A stretch of 64,000 bases of DNA from Planctomycetota bacterium (GCA_023150555.1 JAKLKQ010000006.1:51726-115725), one strand, 5' to 3'; shown: positions 9,596 through 19,391, counted from the stretch's first letter. Numbers and translations: made by a program. The notes: generated by a model from the letters alone, not told the origin.

Positions 9596-9624
9596 GCTGC
9601 GCAGGCGCGCTACGGACGGGATAG

Positions 9625-11517
9625 ATGTTCCGACTCGATTTTTTCCTTCCGTTCCTCGCGCGCCCGCGGAAGGGCGAGGCGCCCCGCGCGCCGGGGCGCC
9701 TGGCCCGCGTCGCGCGCGTCGTGCTGCCCGCCGCGCTCTTCTCCGATCCGGCCGCCGCGAAGCCCGGGCTGGTCCGCCGCGCGCTCAAGAAGATCGGACC
9801 CATCACCGCGTATTCCCCGTTGCGCCGCGCGGTGCAGGCGCTCTGCTTCGTGCTCTTTCTCGTGCTTTTCTTCCACGTCTGCTGGCCGTACAGCGCGCAG
9901 CCCGGCGGGAAGCTGGAGCTGGATAGCGGCGCGTGGCCCGCGCACTACGCGATCGACCTCGACGCGAAGGAGTGGACCGAGGCGGAGCTCTTCCTGGTGC
10001 TCGACCCGCTGGTGGCGCTCTCGACGGCCGTCGCCGCGAAGGCGTGGGTCTGGTCGCTCGCCTGGGCGGGCGGCATCCTCCTTATATGCGTGCTCTTTCC
10101 GCGCGGCTTCTGCGGGTACCTCTGCCCGCTCGGCACGCTGATCGATTTCTTCGACTGGGCGATCGGCAACCGGGTGCAGCGCTTCAAGATCGAAGGCGAC
10201 GGCTGGTGGGTGCACTTTAAGTACTACCTGCTCGCGGGAATCTTCCTCGCGGGGTTCTTCGGCGTGCTGCTGTCGGGCATCTTCGCGGCGATCCCGGTGA
10301 TCACGCGCGGCTTCCTCTTTATCTTCGGCCTGCTGCAGATGGGCCTTCTGCGGGGCTGGCACCAGGTCCCGCCGCTGAACGCCGGGCATTACGTCTCGAT
10401 CGCGCTCTTCCTGGGCGTGCTCGGCCTGGGTCTGCTGCGCAAACGCTTCTGGTGCCGCTACGTCTGCCCGTCGGGCGCGGTCTTCAGCGTCTTCAACCGC
10501 TTCCGCGCCAGCGAGCGCAAGGTCGAGTCGAGCTGCATCCACTGCGACAAATGCATCGAGGTCTGTCCTTTCGACGCGATCAAGGCCGACTTCACCACGC
10601 GCACGCCCGACTGCACGCTCTGCCAGACCTGCGGCGGCGTCTGCCCCACGCACTCGATCAAGTTCGTCGAACGCTGGAACGTGCAGGACCTCAAGCCCCA
10701 GAACGATCCGCCCACGATGGAAGTGCCGCTCAGCCGCCGCAACTTCCTCTACGGCGCGCTGGGGTCGCTCGCCGCTGTCAGCGGCATGCGCAACGTTTTC
10801 GGCGCGGATCTCGGGAGCTCCAACGCTTTCCTACCCGTGCGCCCGCCCGGCAGCGTGCCCGAGCCCGAATTCCTGCAGCTCTGCATCCGCTGCGGCGAAT
10901 GCTTCAAGGCCTGCCCAAACAACGTGCTTCAGCCGCTGGGCTTCGAGCAGGGCTTGGAAGGTCTCTGGACGCCGCAGGTCGTCGCCGACTGGTCGGGCTG
11001 CGAGACCAGCTGCAACAACTGCGGCCAGGTCTGCCCTACGGGCGCGATCCACGCACTGTCGCTGGAAGAGAAGAAGGTCGCGCGCATGGGCCTGGCCATC
11101 GTCAACCGCGAGACGTGCCTGCCGTGGGCCGGCAAGGAAGCCTGCCAGCTCTGCTTCGACGAATGCAATGCCGCGGGTTACCGCGCGATTGAGTTCCAGA
11201 ACGTCGGCACGCAGGTCGACGAGGAAGGCCTGCCCATCGACGGCAGCGGCTTCCTGGCGCCGGTGGTGAAACCCGAACTCTGCGTCGGCTGCGGCCTGTG
11301 CCAATCGCGCTGCCACCACGCCGTCGTGCAGCTGAAGAAACTCGAAGAGAGCGCCATCGTCGTCGAAGCCGGCGCCGGCAAGGAAGACCGTTTCATGCAG
11401 GGCAATTACCTGGAACTGCGCGCGCAGGAAGCCGCCGAGCGCCGCCGAAAGCAGGAAGAGTTCGAGAAGGCGCACGGCGCGGCCGGCGACGGCTACCTGC
11501 CGGAGTTCCTGAAATAA
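9625..11517 (+). CDS. NapH/MauN/NosR-type membrane polyferredoxin (multiple 4Fe-4S clusters)
   Basis: Membrane CGYLCPLG and CRYVCPSG motifs typical of NapH/MauN/NosR, followed by several CxxCxxCxxxCP ferredoxin motifs (CIHCDKCIEVCP, CTLCQTCGGVCP, CIRCGECFKACP, CNNCGQVCP, CVGCGLCQSRC). Confidence 0.8.
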   Translation: MFRLDFFLPFLARPRKGEAPRAPGRLARVARVVLPAALFSDPAAAKPGLVRRALKKIGPITAYSPLRRAVQALCFVLFLVLFFHVCWPYSAQPGGKLELDSGAWPAHYAIDLDAKEWTEAELFLVLDPLVALSTAVAAKAWVWSLAWAGGILLICVLFPRGFCGYLCPLGTLIDFFDWAIGNRVQRFKIEGDGWWVHFKYYLLAGIFLAGFFGVLLSGIFAAIPVITRGFLFIFGLLQMGLLRGWHQVPPLNAGHYVSIALFLGVLGLGLLRKRFWCRYVCPSGAVFSVFNRFRASERKVESSCIHCDKCIEVCPFDAIKADFTTRTPDCTLCQTCGGVCPTHSIKFVERWNVQDLKPQNDPPTMEVPLSRRNFLYGALGSLAAVSGMRNVFGADLGSSNAFLPVRPPGSVPEPEFLQLCIRCGECFKACPNNVLQPLGFEQGLEGLWTPQVVADWSGCETSCNNCGQVCPTGAIHALSLEEKKVARMGLAIVNRETCLPWAGKEACQLCFDECNAAGYRAIEFQNVGTQVDEEGLPIDGSGFLAPVVKPELCVGCGLCQSRCHHAVVQLKKLEESAIVVEAGAGKEDRFMQGNYLELRAQEAAERRRKQEEFEKAHGAAGDGYLPEFLK

Positions 11518-11795
11518 CCTACCCGCCCTTTCCCTCCCGCTTGACCCGGCCCTCTTCGTGGCGTATCTTTAGTAACTGCCTACGCTTGGGAGATTTGAAC
11601 GCTTTGTCTTATCCGACGCGAACGCACGCCTACGCTCCCTTCCCCACGGGAGCGCTCCTGCGCGCCCCGGGCGTTCTGCCCGGTCCCTGGCGCTCGATGC
11701 CGGGCTGTTGTCGCTTCGCCTGTTGTTGACGGCGAGGCGGGCCGGCGGTCGGCCCGCTCGAAAAGCGACCCGGTTCGACAAGGAAATCTTCGATC

Positions 11796-13382
11796 ATGGC
11801 ACTCCTGGAACAGATTCTCTCGTACAGCGGCATGCTCGTGGGCGGCGCGGTGCTGCTGGTGCTTGCGGCGCTGCTGCTGGTCTCCCTGCTCAGCGCGTTT
11901 CTGCGGCCCGCGTCGGTGAGCGAGGTCCTCAGCGACCTGCGCGCGATCCGCGAACGCGACCCGGCGGCCGAAGGCTGGATCGCGGCGATGTTCTATCCCG
12001 GCTGGTGGGCGCTCTCGGGGCACCGCCTGGTGGCCAACCCGCTCTACCGCATCGGGCTGCGCACGCCCGCGCGGCTGGTGAACTTTCTGCTGCGCCTGCT
12101 GACCGGCACGGACATCCATCCCGGCGCGAAGTTCGGGCGCGGGATCTTCATCGACCACGCGCACGGCGTGGTCATCGGCGAGACGGCCATCGTCGGCGAC
12201 AACGTCACCATCCTGCACCAGGTCACGCTGGGCGGCACCGGCAAACAGACTGGCAAGCGCCACCCGACCGTCGAGGAAGGCGTGCTGATCTCGGCGGGCG
12301 CGAAGGTGCTGGGCAACATCGTCGTCGGCAGGAACGCGAAGATCGGCGCGGGCTCGGTGGTCGTGCGCGAGGTCCCGCCCGAAAGCACCGTCGTCGGCGT
12401 GCCAGGCCGCGTGGTCGTCAGCGCCGGCAAGCGCATCCCCAGCGTGACGCTGGACCAGACCGACCTGCCGGACCCCATCGTCGAGCGCCTGATGGCCCTG
12501 CAGGAGGAGCTGAAGAGCTGGGAGAAGAAACTCGAGGAAGACGAAGTTGAGCTGCATCGCATCGGCGGGCGCGCCAGGCGCGACGTGCTGGCCGAGATCG
12601 TCGAGCACAAGAAGACCGAGGTCGCCGCCGCGAAGGGTCTTTGTCCGCTGGATGCACTCCGCGGCACGCCGGGCAAGCGCGGCGCTGCGCGGAGTTTTCA
12701 TGCCGCACTGAAGGCCGAGGGCCTCTCGCTGATCGCCGAGATCAAGAAGGCCAGCCCCAGCGGCGGCCTGCTGCGCGCCGACTTCGATCCGAAGGCGATC
12801 GCGAAGATCTACGAGCATGCGCACGCCGCGGCGCTGAGCGTGTTGACCGACGAGAAATATTTCCAGGGGAAGCTGGATTACCTGGCCGAGGTTCGCGCGG
12901 CCGCGGCGCTGCCGCTGCTGCGGAAGGATTTCATCATCGACGAGTACCAGGTCGTCGAGGCCGCGCGCGCGGGCGCCGACGCCGTGCTGCTGATCGCCGC
13001 GTGCCTGAACGATTCGCAGCTGAAGGGCTATCGCGAGCTGGCCGAACGCGAGGGCCTGGACGCCCTGGTGGAAGTCCACGACGAGGCGGAACTCGAGCGC
13101 GCGCTCGCCAGCGGCGCGAAGATCCTGGGCATCAACAACCGCAACCTGAAGACGCTCAAGACCGACCTCGAGACGACCTTCCGGCTGCTCGACAAGCTCG
13201 ACCCGAAGACCCGCGCCGGCCTGGCCGTCGTCAGCGAGTCGGGCATCAAGACCCACGCCGACATCGAGCGCCTGCTGCACGCGGGCGTCGACGCGGTGCT
13301 GATCGGCGAAACCTTCATGCGCGCGCCCGATATCGGCGCAAAGGTCCGTGAGCTGCTCGGCGTGGGCCAGTATTCGATCTGA
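11796..13382 (+). CDS. Serine O-acetyltransferase (CysE) fused to indole-3-glycerol-phosphate synthase (TrpC); start uncertain (possible GTG near 11915)
   Basis: N-terminal half has the CysE hexapeptide core DIHPGAKFGRGIFIDHAHGVVIGETAIVGDNVTILHQVTLGG. C-terminal half has IGPS motifs LIAEIKKASPS, SVLTD..YFQG, LRKDFI, LGINNRNL and SESGI. One uninterrupted 528-codon ORF. Confidence 0.75.
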   Translation: MALLEQILSYSGMLVGGAVLLVLAALLLVSLLSAFLRPASVSEVLSDLRAIRERDPAAEGWIAAMFYPGWWALSGHRLVANPLYRIGLRTPARLVNFLLRLLTGTDIHPGAKFGRGIFIDHAHGVVIGETAIVGDNVTILHQVTLGGTGKQTGKRHPTVEEGVLISAGAKVLGNIVVGRNAKIGAGSVVVREVPPESTVVGVPGRVVVSAGKRIPSVTLDQTDLPDPIVERLMALQEELKSWEKKLEEDEVELHRIGGRARRDVLAEIVEHKKTEVAAAKGLCPLDALRGTPGKRGAARSFHAALKAEGLSLIAEIKKASPSGGLLRADFDPKAIAKIYEHAHAAALSVLTDEKYFQGKLDYLAEVRAAAALPLLRKDFIIDEYQVVEAARAGADAVLLIAACLNDSQLKGYRELAEREGLDALVEVHDEAELERALASGAKILGINNRNLKTLKTDLETTFRLLDKLDPKTRAGLAVVSESGIKTHADIERLLHAGVDAVLIGETFMRAPDIGAKVRELLGVGQYSI

Positions 13383-13420
13383 GAGAATGGCGTGCCGGTG
13401 CTTTCGGCCGGCGCCCTGGC

Positions 13421-16414
13421 GTGATACTTTACCTTCTTACAACCTATTCGAAACCGGAGGGTGCCGCCGTGGCCGAAGAGCGCGAGATCAACCTGTCCGA
13501 GAAGTTCCCCGACATGACGCCGCTACGCGGCGCGCCGTCGCTGGGCACCATCAACGGCATCGGCGTGACGCTGACCGGCCGGCGCGACTTCGACGCCGAG
13601 ACCGGCACCTACGTGAAGACCCGCAGCCTCTGCTTCCTGTTCATCCCGCTGGTCCCCATGGACGCTTATCGCGTCGCCGACGCACGCGGCGGCGGCTGGT
13701 ATTTCATCGGCAAGGTGCCCCTCTCGGGCTTCTGCAAGATCTGGAACCTCTGCATCCTGGGCCTGATCCTGGCGTGCATCGGCGCCGGCTACATCAACAG
13801 CTACTACGCCAGCCCCGAGTACGTGAACGGCCAGCGCCTGACCGAAGCCCGAAACCTGAGCGGCAACGGAAAGACGGAGGAGGCGCTGGGCAGGTACGAG
13901 GCCGTCGCCGCCAGCGGCACCAGCCACGCCAGCACCGCGAAGGCCGAAGCTCTGGAACTCTTCCAGGAACGCGTTGGCCAGTGCGACGCCGCCGAGGCCA
14001 AACGCCTGTTCGCTTTCCTCGCCGCGCGCCGCAACGCGCCGGCGCATCTGGTACCCGACCCGACGGCCGCCGAAGCCGCCGCTGCCGCCGTGGCGCGATA
14101 TAAGGAGCAGGACCCGCTGGCCGCGTTCGAGATCCACCGCCTGGCGCGCGTCTTCACGCCCAACCCGCCGGATCCCGACCCGGACTACGAGCCCCTGCTG
14201 GAGGCCGCGCGCGCCGCGCACCCCGAGAACAACGAGCTCGCCATCGAGGCCGCCGCGAATTTCGAGAAACTCGGCCAGCTGGACAAGGCCAAGGCCACTC
14301 TGGAACCCCTGGCCGGGAAGCTGGGCGCCACCGAAGGCGCGCGCATCCTGGGGCAGCTCTACGCGCGGGAGGAGCAGCACGAAAAGGCCTTCGCGCTGCT
14401 GGAACCCTACGCGCAGCAGCACCTGAGCGCCCTGCACGCGGCCGACGACGCCTATGAGAAAGCGCTGAAGGCCAGCAACGACCGCGCCATCGACGAACTC
14501 AACCGCAAACTGACCACCGACCCGTGGGTGCGGCAGTACCAGAAGCAGGACAAGGCGGGCCAGGAGAAGATGGTCAGCGAATACGTCCTGGAACGCATGA
14601 AGGTGGACTCCGCGCTCCATGCGGTTCAGGAGAAACTGGCCCAGGCAGCTTCGACCGTCCCGGTCGCGCTGGATCTGGGCATCGTCCGCCTGTACCGCGG
14701 GCGCGAGATAAAGGATCCCGAGGCCAAGAAGAAGGAGCTCGAGGCCGCCGAGAAGGTCTTCCTCTCCATCCGCAACGTCGCGGGCGAGTCCGACGCCTAC
14801 CGCATGTACTACGGACAAGTCCTGTACTGGCTCGGGAAGCACGAGGAAGGAAAGGCGGCCTTCGACGAATTGCTCGCCTCCAAGAACCGCAACCACGAGA
14901 CGCTGCTGGGCGTCGGCAATACCCTGCGCGAAATTGGCGCGCATTCCGAAGCCAACGTGTTGTTCGAGGAAGCCTACAACCAAGCTACGAAGGTGGAGGA
15001 GAAGCAGCAGGCCGCCGCCATGCGCCGCCTTTCCGCCAACGACATGGACGACCACATCCTCTGGCTGGGGCGCTGCGACACCAGCAAGCCGCACGTCCAG
15101 GCAAGCCTCGAGGCCGCCAAGGGCAAGAAGATGCTCAGCGACGGCGACCGCGCGGGCGCCATACCGCACCTGAAGGCGAGCATCGCGGCGTGGGAGAAGC
15201 TCCCCCGCAGCGACGGCTCCCTGAACGAGATCGCGCTTGCCCAATCCTCGCTCTTCTATGCCAGCGGCGACCCCGAAGCGTTCCGCCAGGGCGCAAAGCT
15301 GCTGCGCGAGGCCGTGGGCCTGAATCCCAGCGACAGCATTCTGGTCCTGAACGCGGCGTCCAGCCTGCTCGAGGCATCCGTCCTGGACGAGGTGTCCGGA
15401 AAGCTCAATTTCACGCACGGCGGCATCTCCATCGACCTGGATCTCCTCGACTATTTCGCCGGCGAACAGAAGGACGAGCAGGCGCTGCGCGCGCGGATGC
15501 AGGCGCGCACCGACTTTAAGGACGCCAAGAGCCTGTATCGCAAGGCGATTCTGCTGGCACCCCGGAATGCCGGCGGGTACGGCACCTTGCGCGAAATCTA
15601 TGCGTGGGAAGACGATCTCGACGCGCTCAAGGAACTAAAGACTGCGCTCAAGGGCATCGAACTGGTCGGCGAGGACCAAAAGGCGAAGACGCTGGCGTTC
15701 TACGCGGGTTCGAACGACCCCGCCATCATTGGCGATTGGGACAAGGCGCTCGCTACGGGACGCACGCAGCTCGCCTCGGTTCCTAAGGATAAGGAAGCGA
15801 TGACCTGGGTCGTCACGGCCGGCACCTACATCCAGACGTGCCTGGCCGCGCACGCGATAGGCAATCCCATCGAACTGGAGCCGCTGTTCCGGATGGCCCA
15901 ACAGGCCTACGCCATGGCGCCCAGCAACGGCACCTCCAGCATCCTTTCCACCATGCACCTTTACCGCGCCTTCGAACGCCTGGCGGCCGCCAACCCGGCC
16001 TTCAAGGAGGGGCAGGAGCGGAACAGCCGCGTGATGAGCCGGACGCAGTACTTCGCGCTGGCCCTGGAACAGATACCGGCACTGCGCGATCCGGCCCGTC
16101 AGGACCCCGACGTGAAGGCAGCCCTGGACCTGATGCGCGAGCAGGACAGGAAGTTCCCGAAGCACCCCAGCGCGTGGAAGTGGGCGGTCTGCAAATACCT
16201 CGATCCAGAGGAAGCCGAAGTCATCGCCAAGGACCTGCACGCGGATCCGATTTCGCCGATCGCGCAGGACGTCCGCGAGATGATCTATCCCATGTCCGGA
16301 AACCATGCCCTGTACGGCCTCTGGCTGCGGCGCGTGCTGGGGCAGGAAGGCGAAGGCCTGGCGCTGTACGAAGCCTGCCGCAAGCGCGGCGTGCCTTTAC
16401 CCGAAAAGCCGTAG
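13421..16414 (+). CDS. Large TPR-like repeat protein with N-terminal membrane anchors (hypothetical)
   Basis: Two hydrophobic helices near the N-terminus, followed by ~850 aa of alpha-helical repeat sequence. Protein-like composition throughout. Start codon uncertain. Confidence 0.6.
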   Translation: MILYLLTTYSKPEGAAVAEEREINLSEKFPDMTPLRGAPSLGTINGIGVTLTGRRDFDAETGTYVKTRSLCFLFIPLVPMDAYRVADARGGGWYFIGKVPLSGFCKIWNLCILGLILACIGAGYINSYYASPEYVNGQRLTEARNLSGNGKTEEALGRYEAVAASGTSHASTAKAEALELFQERVGQCDAAEAKRLFAFLAARRNAPAHLVPDPTAAEAAAAAVARYKEQDPLAAFEIHRLARVFTPNPPDPDPDYEPLLEAARAAHPENNELAIEAAANFEKLGQLDKAKATLEPLAGKLGATEGARILGQLYAREEQHEKAFALLEPYAQQHLSALHAADDAYEKALKASNDRAIDELNRKLTTDPWVRQYQKQDKAGQEKMVSEYVLERMKVDSALHAVQEKLAQAASTVPVALDLGIVRLYRGREIKDPEAKKKELEAAEKVFLSIRNVAGESDAYRMYYGQVLYWLGKHEEGKAAFDELLASKNRNHETLLGVGNTLREIGAHSEANVLFEEAYNQATKVEEKQQAAAMRRLSANDMDDHILWLGRCDTSKPHVQASLEAAKGKKMLSDGDRAGAIPHLKASIAAWEKLPRSDGSLNEIALAQSSLFYASGDPEAFRQGAKLLREAVGLNPSDSILVLNAASSLLEASVLDEVSGKLNFTHGGISIDLDLLDYFAGEQKDEQALRARMQARTDFKDAKSLYRKAILLAPRNAGGYGTLREIYAWEDDLDALKELKTALKGIELVGEDQKAKTLAFYAGSNDPAIIGDWDKALATGRTQLASVPKDKEAMTWVVTAGTYIQTCLAAHAIGNPIELEPLFRMAQQAYAMAPSNGTSSILSTMHLYRAFERLAAANPAFKEGQERNSRVMSRTQYFALALEQIPALRDPARQDPDVKAALDLMREQDRKFPKHPSAWKWAVCKYLDPEEAEVIAKDLHADPISPIAQDVREMIYPMSGNHALYGLWLRRVLGQEGEGLALYEACRKRGVPLPEKP

Positions 16415-16444
16415 CGCATGGCAATTGGCTGCCGGGCCGGTACA

Positions 16445-16481
16445 ATTTCCCGCATCGGTACACGCGCCCTTTGCGGGAAAT
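16445..16481. promoter_or_regulatory. 10-bp inverted repeat ATTTCCCGCA-N17-TGCGGGAAAT immediately upstream of larC
   Basis: Perfect inverted repeat ending 7 nt before the larC ATG (16488). Flanked by a CGGTACA direct repeat. Confidence 0.3.
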
Positions 16482-16487
16482 GATTAG

Positions 16488-17924
16488 ATGAGCAAATCCG
16501 AAAGTCAAAAATTGCTGTACTTGGATCCGTTCAGCGGGATCGCCGGCGACATGCTCGTCGGCGCGCTGCTGGACCTGGGCCTGAATCTCGAGTTCCTCGA
16601 GGCCGAGCTGAAGAAGCTGAAGCTCGATGGGTATACCCTTTTCTCCGGACCCGTCCTGCGCGGCGCGATCGCCAGCACCAAGTTCGACGTGCTCATCAAC
16701 GGCCAGACCGAAGCCCAGCACGGTCACGCGCACTGCGGCTGCGATCATGATCATGCCCATTCGCACGACCACGAGCACGAGCACGGCCATTCGCACGAGC
16801 ACGAACATCATCACGATCACAGTCACGACCACGACCATAAGCACGATCATGGGCATCATGATCACGGCCACGGCCATCACCATCATCACCAGCACGGCCA
16901 TGACCACAATCACGAGCATCGCCACGCGCACGACCACCGGCACTTCGGCGACATCAAGAAGATGATCGAAACGAGCGGGCTCAGCGCGGGCGTTAAGGCG
17001 CGGAGCCTGCGCGCGTTCGAACTGCTTGCCGAAGCCGAGGGCCGCATGCACGGCCAGGCGCCGGAGCAGGTCGCCTTCCACGAAGTCGGCGCCGTCGACA
17101 GCATCGTGGACTTCGTCGGCGCGTGCATCGGGCTCGAAGCGCTGGGCATCACCGAAGTCCTCTGCGGGCCCATCGCGCTGGGCGGCGAAGGCGGCGGCTA
17201 CGTCGACTGCGCGCACGGCAAGCTTCCCGTCCCGGCCTTCGCCACGCTGGAGCTGATGAAGGGCCTTCCAGTGCGCCCCTGCGCCGTGAACAAGGAACTC
17301 ACCACGCCCACCGGCGCCGCGCTGCTGAAGGCGCTGGTCACCGACTTCGGCCCGCTGCCGCCGATGCGCATCGAGAAGATCGGCTACGGCGCGGGCACGC
17401 GCAACGATCCGAACATCCCCGTGCCGAACGTCCTGCGCGCCGTACTGGGCACGTTGGACGCGAAGGCTTCCGGCGACGACGCGGAGTCCGACACCATCGT
17501 CGAGATCCAGGCCAATGTCGACGACGCCGCACCCGAAGTGCTGGGCTACCTCAGCGAGAAGCTGCTGGCGGCCGGTGCGCTGGATGTGTTCTTCACGCCG
17601 GTGCAGATGAAGAAGTCGCGCCCCGGCACGCTGGTGACGGTGCTCGCCGACGCCGCGCACTTCGACGCGCTCGCCGAAGCGCTCTTCCGCGAGACGCCCA
17701 CCTTCGGGCTGCGCTACGAGCACAAGCAGCGCCGCAAACTCGCGCGCGAGACCGTGACCGTCGAGACGCCCTGGGGTACGGTGCGCGTGAAGCTGGGCCG
17801 CTGGCGTGGCGCGTTCATGAGCGCGCACCCCGAGTACGAGGACTGCAAGGCGCTGGCCGAGCAGAAGGGCGTGCCGCTGCGCCAGGTCATCGACGCCGCG
17901 CGCGCGGCCGCCCCGAATGCGTAA
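16488..17924 (+). CDS. larC: LarC (nickel-pincer cofactor nickel-insertion protein, DUF111 family) with a ~75-residue His/Asp/Glu-rich insertion
   Basis: N-terminus LLYLDPFSGIAGDMLVGALLDLG and a conserved C-terminal domain. The insertion runs HGHAHCGCDHDHAHSHDHEHEHGHSHEHEHHHDHSHDHDHKHDHGHHDHGHGHHHHHQHGHDHNHEHRHAHDHRH. Confidence 0.85.
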   Translation: MSKSESQKLLYLDPFSGIAGDMLVGALLDLGLNLEFLEAELKKLKLDGYTLFSGPVLRGAIASTKFDVLINGQTEAQHGHAHCGCDHDHAHSHDHEHEHGHSHEHEHHHDHSHDHDHKHDHGHHDHGHGHHHHHQHGHDHNHEHRHAHDHRHFGDIKKMIETSGLSAGVKARSLRAFELLAEAEGRMHGQAPEQVAFHEVGAVDSIVDFVGACIGLEALGITEVLCGPIALGGEGGGYVDCAHGKLPVPAFATLELMKGLPVRPCAVNKELTTPTGAALLKALVTDFGPLPPMRIEKIGYGAGTRNDPNIPVPNVLRAVLGTLDAKASGDDAESDTIVEIQANVDDAAPEVLGYLSEKLLAAGALDVFFTPVQMKKSRPGTLVTVLADAAHFDALAEALFRETPTFGLRYEHKQRRKLARETVTVETPWGTVRVKLGRWRGAFMSAHPEYEDCKALAEQKGVPLRQVIDAARAAAPNA

Positions 17925-18155
17925 CGCCTCCTTATATGGGCCCGAGGCAGGCAGCATGCACATCGAGCATTCACGGTCCGAATAAATCGGCACTTTGCGC
18001 CCGGAATTATCCGCACCGCCGCGGATGAAAACTCGTAACTCCCTTGTTTCGCAGAGTCTTAGGAGGCGAAGACGACTCCGCACCTTGCGGCGTTCCTCTC
18101 GCATAACGGTTGTCTTTGCGCGTCCCATAGGTTAGAGAGAGGCACCGTTTTCGCT

Positions 18156-19391
18156 GTGGTCAACGCCTGGGAGTTTTCGATGCGCTGGTACTCTGCGGTG
18201 AGTGAGGAGATCGGACCGTCCGCGGCGGTGAAGGAATGCGTCGCGCAGTTGCGCCTGGGCCTGGGCGACGCGCGCCCCGACGTGCTCTTCGCCTTCGTCT
18301 CCTCCTTTTATCAGGAAGCGTATCCCCTGCTGGCGGCGGCGTTGCGCGAGCAGCTAAAGCCCGCCCACCTGCTGGGCTGCACGGCCGGCGGCGTGCTGGG
18401 CAGCGGGCGCGAGATCGAAGACGCGCCGGGTCTGGCGCTGGCTGCCGCGGTGATGCCCGGCGTCGAGATCCATCCCTTCCACTTCCGCAACGACGAGCTT
18501 CCGGACCTCGACGGCGGCCCGCGCGCATGGGAGCAGGCCGTGGGCGTGAAGGCAGCGGCGCAGCCCGAGTTCGTCGTGCTGGCCGACCCGTGGTCGATCC
18601 GCGCGGAGGAACTGCTGAGCGGCCTCGACTTCGCGTTCCCGAACTCGGCGAAGATCGGCGGGCTGGCCAGCGGTGCACGCCAGCCGGGGCACAACGTGCT
18701 GTGGCTCGACGACGTCGACCACCTGCAGGGCGCCGCGGGCCTGGCCTTCACCGGCAACGTGCGCATCCAGCCGCTGGTCGCGCAGGGATGCAAGCCGCTC
18801 GGAAAGCCGATGCGGATCACCGACGCCGAGAAGAACGTGCTCTACGCGCTGGACGGCAAGCCCGTGATGGAAGTCCTCGCGGAGCTGGTCGAATCGAGCA
18901 GCGCGGATGACCGCGAACTGATCCGCACCGCGCTGTTTCTGGGCATCGTGATGGACCCGCTGAAGTCCGGCGCGCCGGGCGCGGGCGACTTCCTGATCCG
19001 CAACCCGCTGGGCCGCGAGCCGTCCCGCGACGGCCTGGTGGTCGGCGCGCTGCTGCGCAAGGGCATGACCGTGCAGTTCCACGTGCGCGACGCCAACGCC
19101 GCGCGCGCGGACCTGGCCGCCGTGCTGCGCGGCTACACCACCGCCCTGCTGCAGGAGGGCCGGGGCGAGGCGCTGAGCCAGCCGCCGGCCGGCGCGCTGC
19201 TGTTCTCGTGCCTCGGCCGAGGCCAGCACATGTACGGCGAGAAGGACCACGACTCGAAGGCCTTCCACGCGTTGGTCGGCGACGTGCCGCTGGCCGGCTT
19301 CTTCTGCAACGGCGAGATTGGGCCCGTCGGCGGGACGACCTACGTGCACGGCTTCACCAGCTGCTTCGGCTGCTTCCGCGCGAAGAGCTGA
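18156..19391 (+). CDS. FIST (N and C) domain sensory protein
   Basis: FIST_C-like C-terminus FFCNGEIGPVGGTTYVHGFTS. About 400 aa. Alternative start MRWYS at 18180. Confidence 0.7.
   Translation: MVNAWEFSMRWYSAVSEEIGPSAAVKECVAQLRLGLGDARPDVLFAFVSSFYQEAYPLLAAALREQLKPAHLLGCTAGGVLGSGREIEDAPGLALAAAVMPGVEIHPFHFRNDELPDLDGGPRAWEQAVGVKAAAQPEFVVLADPWSIRAEELLSGLDFAFPNSAKIGGLASGARQPGHNVLWLDDVDHLQGAAGLAFTGNVRIQPLVAQGCKPLGKPMRITDAEKNVLYALDGKPVMEVLAELVESSSADDRELIRTALFLGIVMDPLKSGAPGAGDFLIRNPLGREPSRDGLVVGALLRKGMTVQFHVRDANAARADLAAVLRGYTTALLQEGRGEALSQPPAGALLFSCLGRGQHMYGEKDHDSKAFHALVGDVPLAGFFCNGEIGPVGGTTYVHGFTSCFGCFRAKS

Noticed and set aside
11560-11760. Possible tRNA or riboswitch between the polyferredoxin and cysE-trpC (direct repeat GCCTACGCT, GC hairpin 11738-11757)
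   Set aside because: No cloverleaf or anticodon arm could be folded by eye and there is no recognisable riboswitch consensus. It is left as an unassigned leader or weak terminator.
16730-16960. Repetitive cac/gac/cat codon tract (larC) and the gcc-aag-rich tract at 26290-26600 (aconitase tail) considered as possible CRISPR or tandem DNA repeats
   Set aside because: Both are in-frame low-complexity coding sequence (His-rich and Lys-rich), without regular repeat/spacer periodicity. No cas genes are present.
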